A DNA stretch of 64,000 nucleotides from Chloroflexota bacterium (GTDB lineage: Bacteria; Chloroflexota; Dehalococcoidia; JACPQK01), in the NCBI GenBank assembly GCA_016190505.1, contig JACPQM010000023.1:2877-66876 (forward strand). Direction: 5' to 3'. Every line of letters begins with the position of its first letter. Position 1 is the first letter of the stretch. The position numbers and the translations under genes are program-made. A model generated the notes under the pieces. That model saw only the letters and a list, made by a program, of their open reading frames with translations. It searched no databases and was not told the origin of the DNA. Of this stretch, positions 57,375 through 64,000 are shown in pieces.

Positions 57375-58676
57375 TCATACCAGCGAGGCCACCTGGCGGG
57401 CGAGGCCCACGCTCTGGTTGAGCCCGCGGTCCTCGGGGTAGATCTGGGTGGTGTTGGCCAGGAAAAGGCCCGGAATAGGGGTTCGGAGGTCAGGGACCAG
57501 CCTGGAGTAGTGCGTGGTGATTATGGGCTGGCCGGAGGGGTCATTGAACAGGTAGGTGGCCTCGACCCAGTCCGGGCGGAAGCCAGGGTTGAGCCGGGAC
57601 AGGTGGGGCAGGTACGCCTCCAGCAGTTCCTCGCGGCTGGCCTGGGCCAGAGGCTCTGTGGGGGCCAGGTAGTTGGAGAGATATAATACGTGCCTGCCGC
57701 CGTAGTGCTCCGGTCCCACGAAGTTGGTGTGCTCGATGGCGGCCACAAAAGGAACAGTAGCGTCGGAGATGTTTAGCCAGTAGATAGGCGTGAGGCGCTG
57801 CCGCAGCAGGAGCACCAGGCACACCGCGGCCTGATACCGGCCCTGGCTTAGCTTCAGGGCGTAGTCACCAGACAGCTCGGGCGCGATTCGCAGCGCCACG
57901 AAGGAGGGGACCGTGGCGATGACGGCGTCGAAGTCCAGGTGGCGCTCGCCCAGGCGCCCGGCCACCTCGACGCCAGTGGCGCGGCCGCCGGCCACGGTCA
58001 CACGTCGCACCTCCTGGCCGGTGTGCACCTCGCCTCCTGCCTGGCGGATGCGCTGGGCCAGGGCATCGGCGACCTGGGCGAAGCCGCCCATCATGTAGCC
58101 CAGGCTCTCTCGCTGGCCCAGGCCCTTGCGGGAGGCGAAGCGCAGGTGGATCTTGCCCCAGAACCAGGGCATGCCAATCTCGTCGGCGCTGGCCCCGAAC
58201 TTGCCGCGGAGCAGCGGGCCCCATACCACGTCGAAGTTGCGCCGGCCCGCATTGCGGATGATCCACTCCCGGGCGGTGACCCCCTCCCAGCGGCGCCAGT
58301 CCTTGGCCCGCCGCAGGTACATGCCCAGCAGCCCCAGGCGCACCCGGTCGGTCAGGCCGATGGGCGAGAAGCGGAGCAAATCGCCGGGGGTCACGAATTT
58401 GTATATCTTGCCCCCGTGGAAGAAGCCTACTTTGGAGTCCAGCCACACCAGGCGCGGCCCCAGCCCTAGCTCCTGGACCAGGGCAATGAACTGGGTATCT
58501 GATGTGAAGATATGGTGGTAGAAGCGCTCCAGGGGCTCGCCCGGGGTGTTGAAGGTGCTCATCTGCCCGCCCAGCTCGCCCCCGCGCTCGAGCACGGTGA
58601 CCTGGTGGCCGCGTTGGGCCAGGGTGTAGGCCGCGCACAGTCCGGTCAGCCCTCCGCCCACAATGCCCACCCTCAA
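57375..58676 (-). CDS. FAD-dependent oxidoreductase (HemY/amine-oxidase-like)
   Basis: GIVGGGLTGL, LERFYHH, YWLNI, IYPEDRG. Confidence 0.88.
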   Translation of the reverse strand: MRVGIVGGGLTGLCAAYTLAQRGHQVTVLERGGELGGQMSTFNTPGEPLERFYHHIFTSDTQFIALVQELGLGPRLVWLDSKVGFFHGGKIYKFVTPGDLLRFSPIGLTDRVRLGLLGMYLRRAKDWRRWEGVTAREWIIRNAGRRNFDVVWGPLLRGKFGASADEIGMPWFWGKIHLRFASRKGLGQRESLGYMMGGFAQVADALAQRIRQAGGEVHTGQEVRRVTVAGGRATGVEVAGRLGERHLDFDAVIATVPSFVALRIAPELSGDYALKLSQGRYQAAVCLVLLLRQRLTPIYWLNISDATVPFVAAIEHTNFVGPEHYGGRHVLYLSNYLAPTEPLAQASREELLEAYLPHLSRLNPGFRPDWVEATYLFNDPSGQPIITTHYSRLVPDLRTPIPGLFLANTTQIYPEDRGLNQSVGLARQVASLV

Positions 58677-59689
58677 TGGCGTTCACCCCCCGATGGATTG
58701 GCCAGTGCCTCGCCCGCCGGGCGGCGCAAGGCCTCGCTCAGGGACAGATTGCGCCACCACAGGAATGCCAGCCCCAGCAGGGTCACCGGCACCAGCAGGG
58801 CCGCGTGCAGGGCGATGCTGAAGGCGGTGGCTGCCTCGGGGTCTGTCCCGAAGATCTGCAGGCTCTTGGCGGCGAAGAACTCGAAAGGCCCGATGCCTCC
58901 GGAGGACGAGGGCAGGCTGATGGCCAGGTTGGCCGCCGCGGTGGCCATCATGTAGGGCGCCACTCCGAGGCCCAGGCTGAAGGAGCGGGCCAGGACGTAG
59001 GCCATGAGGGACTCGCATACCCAGATGGTGAGCGATACTGCCATCACCTTCAGCGCTTGCCCAGGCTGGCGCAGGGACTCCAGGCCGCCCAGGAAGCGCG
59101 TGGCCAGGCCCGCAAAGCGGCCGTGGAACCGGGCGGGCAGCCTTTTCTCGAAAGCTGAGACCAGCCTCTCCAGAGTGTGTGGCTTGGCCAGGGCCAGCAG
59201 CACAACTACCAGCGCTCCCCCGAAGAGCAGCGCCATTACGCCCTCGATGCTGCGCACCCAGGGTGCGGGCGGTGACACTGCGGCCAGCACCACGAGGAAT
59301 AGCAGCAGGCTCAGGCCGTCGAAAATGCGCTCGGCGGCGATGGTGCCCAATGCCCCTGCCTTGCTTACCCGCTCCTGCTCGCCCAGGAAGTAGGCCCGCA
59401 CGAGCTCTCCCAGGCGCAGGGGCAGGATGTTGTTGGCCATGTAGCCGATGGTCAGCACTGGAAACAGGCGCCCCGAGGCGACGTGGCGCATGGGTGCCAG
59501 CAGTAGGCGCCAGCGCACAGCCCGCAGGTAGAAGCCGACGAAGTAGACGGCCAGCGCGGGGAACAGATAGGCATAGTTAGCCTGGACCAGGGCTCGCAAC
59601 ATCTTGCCCAGGTCCAGCCGGTAGAGCAAAAGGCCAAGGAAGACCAGGCTGACGGCCAGCCCCAGCCACAATCGTCTGCGATTCAGCAA
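58673..59689 (-). CDS. Lysylphosphatidylglycerol-synthase TM (flippase-like) protein
   Basis: RAVRWRLLL, GYMANNILPLRLGE..R, ERIFD, PSS.GGIG.FE. Confidence 0.9.
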   Translation of the reverse strand: MLNRRRLWLGLAVSLVFLGLLLYRLDLGKMLRALVQANYAYLFPALAVYFVGFYLRAVRWRLLLAPMRHVASGRLFPVLTIGYMANNILPLRLGELVRAYFLGEQERVSKAGALGTIAAERIFDGLSLLLFLVVLAAVSPPAPWVRSIEGVMALLFGGALVVVLLALAKPHTLERLVSAFEKRLPARFHGRFAGLATRFLGGLESLRQPGQALKVMAVSLTIWVCESLMAYVLARSFSLGLGVAPYMMATAAANLAISLPSSSGGIGPFEFFAAKSLQIFGTDPEAATAFSIALHAALLVPVTLLGLAFLWWRNLSLSEALRRPAGEALANPSGGERH

Positions 59690-59706
59690 CCTATAATCTC
59701 TGGGGC

Positions 59707-59770
59707 ATTATAGCTGGCCGTTCGGCCCGAGGCAAGAAAGTTGCCGCGTAGCGAAGGCCAATGCTATAAT
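59707..59770. promoter_or_regulatory. Divergent promoter pair
   Basis: Minus strand TTGCCT-N17-TATAAT (59735-59707); plus strand TTGCCG-N18-TATAAT (59741-59770). Confidence 0.55.
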
Positions 59771-59793
59771 GGCCTCGTTCCGCTATCTACGCT

Positions 59794-60567
59794 ATGGGTC
59801 AACAAGGCGAGCTCAAGAAGATAGACCTGCATGTGCACACCCCTGGTTCGGGCTGCTACGAGGACCACGTGGTGCCCGAGCTGAACCTGCGCACTTCTCC
59901 CGAAGACCTGGTGTCCGCCGCCCGCGTGGCGGGCCTCGATGCCATCGCCATCACCGACCACAATACGGTCAAGGGCGTGGCCGGCATACAGGCCACGGCG
60001 CGAGGCAATGGTCTGGTGGTGTGGCCGGGAGTAGAGGTGACCACCAGAGGGGGCCATCTGCTCGCTATCTTCGATACGGACATGCCCCTGGCCGACCTGA
60101 GCGCCTGGTTGCGCACCCTGGGGTTCAAGCCAGAGGAGGAGGGCGACGGCTACTACCAGACCGAGCTCTGGCTGGACGAGGTCGCCGCCCGGGTGGCTGA
60201 GATGGGGGGGCTGGCCATCGCTGCCCACGTGGACCGGCGCCCCAGGGGCTTCGCCGCCTCGGAGGAGGCGCTTTCGGTGAAGGTCCGCATCCACAACTCG
60301 CCCCATCTCAGTGCCCTGGAGATCACGACTCCCATGGACAAGGCGGTGTGGAACCAGGGGAAGGTCCCCAACTACCCGAAGAAGTACGCTTGCATCCAGG
60401 GCTCCGACGCCCACGGCCGCGCGGAGGTCGGGCGGCGCCCGGTCTACGTCCGCACCCAGCGCCTCACCCTGGAGGACCTTCGGGAGGTCCTGGCCGACTA
60501 CGAGGCCCGCCTTCGCTTCCCCCAGGAAATGGACTCTGGTGCCCCGGACCCTCGCGGGGGCAAATAG
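59794..60567 (+). CDS. PHP-domain protein
   Basis: DLHVHT, ITDHN, GVE..T..GH, AH, GSDAH. Confidence 0.9.
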   Translation: MGQQGELKKIDLHVHTPGSGCYEDHVVPELNLRTSPEDLVSAARVAGLDAIAITDHNTVKGVAGIQATARGNGLVVWPGVEVTTRGGHLLAIFDTDMPLADLSAWLRTLGFKPEEEGDGYYQTELWLDEVAARVAEMGGLAIAAHVDRRPRGFAASEEALSVKVRIHNSPHLSALEITTPMDKAVWNQGKVPNYPKKYACIQGSDAHGRAEVGRRPVYVRTQRLTLEDLREVLADYEARLRFPQEMDSGAPDPRGGK

Positions 60568-60634
60568 GCGCATGGTGCGCCACGCCTCTACACCTCCAGT
60601 TTCCCGCGCTCCGGGGTAACCACGGGGCCTGCCC

Positions 60635-60883
60635 CTACAGGCTCTGCACCGTTACGCTCAGCCCCTGAAGCAGCAAGATTGCTATGAAGGGTGTGATATC
60701 TATCATGCCCAGGCGAGGGATAACCCGGCGTAGCGGGGCCAGGATGGGCTCGGTGATCTGGTGCATGATGACCACCAGGGGATTGTCCGGGCTGATGGGG
60801 AACCAGGACAGAATGGCCCGCCCGAAGATGGCTATGGTGAGGACCTGGGCAAACAGGTTGATGAAGCTGAAGATGAATTCCAA
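60635..60883 (-). CDS. yggT: YggT family membrane protein
   Basis: RAILSWF..ITEPILAPLRRVIP..IDITP; TTG start after GAAGGGG. Confidence 0.9.
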   Translation of the reverse strand: MEFIFSFINLFAQVLTIAIFGRAILSWFPISPDNPLVVIMHQITEPILAPLRRVIPRLGMIDITPFIAILLLQGLSVTVQSL

Positions 60884-60954
60884 CGGCTCTACCCCTTCGT
60901 TGTCTCTTGTGGTGTGAGTACTGCGATAACATGGCTGCCTCTTTGCTTCTGTTC

Positions 60955-61000
60955 TTGGTTCCAGGTTGCCAGAGGTAAGGCTGGCATCAACCACGAACAC
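60955..61000 (-). pseudogene. PIN toxin N-terminal remnant
   Basis: (M)FVVDAS begins right after the Phd stop, then similarity is lost. Confidence 0.5.
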
Positions 61001-61001
61001 C

Positions 61002-61268
61002 CTAGAGTTCCCGCCGCTGTTCCTTCACCGCATCTGCGGCGGACATGCTCTTGGGCTGCCAGTGCTTCCCTATCTCCTCAGCCAGTTCGTCGGCCTCAGC
61101 CAACAGGGCCTCCACGTCGTATGTGGCTCTGTCCGCGTCCGGCACGGGCACCAGACGGGCAACCACCCGTCCACGGTGTGTGATGGCTATGGTCTCCTTG
61201 TTATCCCCCACCCGTCGCAGCACCTCGCTGGTACGCTGTTTCAGTTCCCGAACGCCCACTTCAACCAC
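61002..61268 (-). CDS. Phd/YefM family antitoxin
   Basis: VGVRELK..SEVLRRV..ITHRGRVVARLVP. Confidence 0.9.
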   Translation of the reverse strand: MVEVGVRELKQRTSEVLRRVGDNKETIAITHRGRVVARLVPVPDADRATYDVEALLAEADELAEEIGKHWQPKSMSAADAVKEQRREL

Positions 61269-61315
61269 CGTTGCCTCCCTCCGAAGCAGGCTGTTGTGTC
61301 TACATTATACAGGGC

Positions 61316-62128
61316 CTAGTGGCTATGGTCACCACTCAGCTCCTGAGCCTTCTCGTAGGCGGCCAGCACGGCGTTGGTCACCAGCGCCCGCAGGGCACCG
61401 GCCTCCAACTGGAGCAAACCCTCGGCGGTGGTCCCCCCGGGTGAGGTCACCATGTTGCGGAGCTCGGCGGGGTGACGGCCACTGGCCTGGGCCAGGCGCG
61501 CCGATCCCAGCACTGTCTGTACCGCCATGGTGGATGCCATATCCCGGGGCAGCCCGATGTGCACGCCGGCGTCTATCAGGCTCTCGATGAACAGGAACAC
61601 GTAGCCTGGTCCGCTGGCGCTGAGGGCCGTGGCCATGTCAATGTACTGCTCGTCGGGAACGTAGATCTCCTGGCCCAGCGCCTTAAGGATGGCCTTGACT
61701 GCGTCCCGGTGCTCCGGGGATACGTCGGCGGTCGCCGTCCATACGCTCATGCCCTCCCCGATCTGGGCGGGCGTGTTGGGCATTACCCGGACCACGCTCC
61801 GGTGTTTCAGCCCCTGGGTCAGCGTGCTGACCCGCGCCCCAGCCACGATGGACACAACCGCCTGCTGTGGCCTCAAGTGTCCCGACATCTCGGCCAGGAC
61901 CTCGGGCAGCGTCTGGGGCTTGACCGCCAGCACCACAAGGTCGGCGCTGGCTATCGCTGCCAAGTTGCTGGCGGTGACCGACACCCCGTATTTGTCGTGT
62001 ACAGCCTTTTGACGGACTGTGCTGACGTCGCTGACCGTAATGTCTGCTGGGCGGGCCACGTTGTTCTTCAGGATGCCGGCGGTCATGGCCTCGCCCATGG
62101 CCCCGCCGCCAATAAAAGCGATGTTCAT
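61316..62128 (-). CDS. proC: Pyrroline-5-carboxylate reductase
   Basis: FIGGGAMG, LAVKPQ, RVMPNTP, VTSPGGTT. Confidence 0.97.
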   Translation of the reverse strand: MNIAFIGGGAMGEAMTAGILKNNVARPADITVSDVSTVRQKAVHDKYGVSVTASNLAAIASADLVVLAVKPQTLPEVLAEMSGHLRPQQAVVSIVAGARVSTLTQGLKHRSVVRVMPNTPAQIGEGMSVWTATADVSPEHRDAVKAILKALGQEIYVPDEQYIDMATALSASGPGYVFLFIESLIDAGVHIGLPRDMASTMAVQTVLGSARLAQASGRHPAELRNMVTSPGGTTAEGLLQLEAGALRALVTNAVLAAYEKAQELSGDHSH

Positions 62129-62160
62129 GGTCGTGTGCTCCTGTGCTCCTGTGCCTCAGA

Positions 62161-62592
62161 CTAGGAGGTCTTAGTAACTTCGTTGGACAGTCTAGAGCAG
62201 TCCGAGTAAGTGCTCCAGGCCGCGGCCACGGCGAATTGAGCCAGCTTCTGGTCAATGATCTCGCCAGGAGGCACTGCCAACTCCACATCGCCGTACGTTG
62301 CGTAGCTGCGGGCAGCGCTGAGGAGCCGAGAATACAACTCAACCTGTGGCACTTTCCTCTTGAACCATTCTGGCAAGCCCACAACTTTTCTCAAATCTGG
62401 AGCTGGGTGGTGAGTGTACTGAAAGGTGACACCGTAACGCAACAAGACGGACTTGATAGAGAACTCAACTGACCTTTGGCTGAACTCCAACGCGCGATAA
62501 TGCTCAAGATTCCGAAGGAATGCCTCGGCTTCGTCGCTTAGCTTCGACGCCTCCCGTAGGAAGTTCTCAGCCGAGGTCTGAGGCGTACTCAT
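62161..62592 (-). CDS. HEPN-domain protein
   Basis: Q.SVE..IK.VL....TH..R...YG pattern of HEPN/MNT-type HEPN. Confidence 0.7.
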   Translation of the reverse strand: MSTPQTSAENFLREASKLSDEAEAFLRNLEHYRALEFSQRSVEFSIKSVLLRYGVTFQYTHHPAPDLRKVVGLPEWFKRKVPQVELYSRLLSAARSYATYGDVELAVPPGEIIDQKLAQFAVAAAWSTYSDCSRLSNEVTKTS

Positions 62593-62836
62593 GCTTGGCC
62601 TGCCAGGCTTCCCACAAGAGGTCCATCACGTCCCGGGGATCTCTCCTCGCGTTGAGTACTTCCTCCTCGGTAACGCGAATCCTCCTTACCTTCCTCCCTT
62701 TCCGCAAAGCCAAATCAAAGTAACCGTCACGGGCACTCCCGTCGGCTTCGACCCGGATGCCGGGGTCTATTCTCTTGGCCAGGCCCTCTATTAGTTGACG
62801 GGCATCCTCGATTTCCACATTCCAAGAGGTCAACAT
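62567..62836 (-). CDS. Hypothetical protein coupled to the HEPN gene
   Basis: SD GGAGGT; overlaps the HEPN start; weak GSAR..D motif. Confidence 0.6.
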   Translation of the reverse strand: MLTSWNVEIEDARQLIEGLAKRIDPGIRVEADGSARDGYFDLALRKGRKVRRIRVTEEEVLNARRDPRDVMDLLWEAWQAKHEYASDLG

Positions 62837-62860
62837 GACAGCACCTCCCCTGCCAGTATA

Positions 62861-63529
62861 TCAGCCGGTGGGGCGGACACCAAATATGGCCCGGCCGATG
62901 CGCACCGTGGTGGAACCCTCCTCCACCGCCACCTCGAAGTCGTCGGTCATGCCCATGGATAGCTCCGTCAGGCCCAGGGACTGAGCCAGTTCGCGCAGCC
63001 GGCGGAATACCGGGCGCACCTCGTTGGGGTCTGATACCAGGGGGGCGACGGTCATCAGCCCTCGCACCTGTATGTTGGGCAGCCGGGCGATGGCTTCGAC
63101 CAGGGCGGGGACTGCCTCCGGCGATACGCCGAACTTGCTGGCCTCGCCGGCCACGTTGACTTCCAGCAGAACGGGTACATCTCTCTCGGCGTGTCGGCTG
63201 AGGGCCTGGGCCAGCTTCAGGGAGTCCAGGCTCTGGATGACATCGAAAAGTTGGAGGGCGCTCTTTGCCTTGTTGGTCTGTAGGTGGCCCACCAGGTGCC
63301 AGGTGACGCCTGTTAGCGAAGCAAGGTCCGGTCGCTTGGCCTGGGCCTCCTGCACCCGGTTTTCGCCGATATGGCGCAGCCCGGCGCGATGGGCCTCAGC
63401 AATGACTTCCGGAGGGAAGGTCTTGGACACGCCAACGATGGTGACAGACGCGGGGACGTGGCCGGCGCGCTGGGCGGCCTGGGCCACGCGCTGCTTCACC
63501 AGAGCCAGGTTTTCAGCGATGGTGGGCAC
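62861..63529 (-). CDS. yggS: PLP homeostasis protein YggS/PlpBP
   Basis: VSKT, GENRVQE, WHLVGHLQTNK, LSMGMTDDF, VRIGRAIFG. Confidence 0.96.
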   Translation of the reverse strand: MPTIAENLALVKQRVAQAAQRAGHVPASVTIVGVSKTFPPEVIAEAHRAGLRHIGENRVQEAQAKRPDLASLTGVTWHLVGHLQTNKAKSALQLFDVIQSLDSLKLAQALSRHAERDVPVLLEVNVAGEASKFGVSPEAVPALVEAIARLPNIQVRGLMTVAPLVSDPNEVRPVFRRLRELAQSLGLTELSMGMTDDFEVAVEEGSTTVRIGRAIFGVRPTG

Positions 63530-63575
63530 TGCTTCTCCTCGTGGTGCTGCTCCGGCTGCGACGATAATAGCAGAT

Positions 63576-63968
63576 TCAGCGCACCAGGTGCACTTCTACA
63601 CCGATGTCCAATCGGCCCCAGGCGCGGTCGGTGGTAGCCACCGGCAATCCCAGGCGGCGGCCCAGGGCCAGGCATGCCCGGTCACCTAGCGACAGGCCCA
63701 ACCTCCGCGTGCTGGACCAGAGGGCGGCGCAAGCTTCAGCGTCCTCGACAGTGAACTGGGCGATTGTCAGACCCCAGGCCTCAAACTCCTCCCGGAGCCC
63801 CTCCATTCGTGTGCCACGGGCAAGTCCACGTTGCCAGACCTCCGCCCAGTTCACCGTGGATATGGCCGCCCGCCGCAAATGCTGCTCCACCCATTGAGCG
63901 CCAGGCTCCTGTTGGATGACAGCGAGGAGAGCGGAAGCGTCCAGGACTAGCTGGAGGGCTTCCGCCAT
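63576..63968 (-). CDS. VapC PIN toxin
   Basis: VLDASALLA, STVNWAE, LSLGDRACLA, TTDRAW. Confidence 0.92.
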   Translation of the reverse strand: MAEALQLVLDASALLAVIQQEPGAQWVEQHLRRAAISTVNWAEVWQRGLARGTRMEGLREEFEAWGLTIAQFTVEDAEACAALWSSTRRLGLSLGDRACLALGRRLGLPVATTDRAWGRLDIGVEVHLVR

Positions 63969-64000
63969 TCCTCTTCTTCACGTCGTGCTTCGGCGCGTCT
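63947..64000 (-). CDS. 3' end of cognate antitoxin (partial)
   Basis: ..RRAEARREEEEWRKPSS* overlapping the vapC start. Confidence 0.5.
   Translation of the reverse strand, partial: RRAEARREEEEWRKPSS

Overview
A GC-rich bacterial chromosomal window whose gene content suggests an anaerobic Chloroflexota (Dehalococcoidia-like) organism; the taxon is inferred, not proven. Housekeeping blocks: lon (partial); a SAM-cycle/methionine cluster (apt, mtnA, mtnP, folate-independent core methionine synthase, ahcY, metK); mannose-phosphate genes; an amidohydrolase cluster; a Wood-Ljungdahl carbonyl-branch operon (acsB-acsD-acsC-RACo-ACD alpha-acsE, no CODH gene in the window); mutL/mutS; a formate-dehydrogenase-like complex (NuoE/NuoF-like, FdhA-like, two GltD-like paralogues); and yggS-proC-yggT. 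Superimposed are more than 20 toxin-antitoxin genes or remnants and several REP-like palindrome families, with no integrase, transposase, tRNA, rRNA or CRISPR array seen. Most notable signals: (1) short duplicated gene-end anchors at insertion junctions (mutS 3' end three times, hicB 5' end twice, cysteine-hydrolase 5' end twice), suggesting integrase-free serial gene accretion; (2) a TA/defence cassette array punctuated by same-orientation REP doublets; (3) an FdhA-like enzyme whose catalytic Arg is Trp; (4) a candidate attenuator ahead of the acs operon. Family assignments come from motif recognition by eye; no database searches were run.
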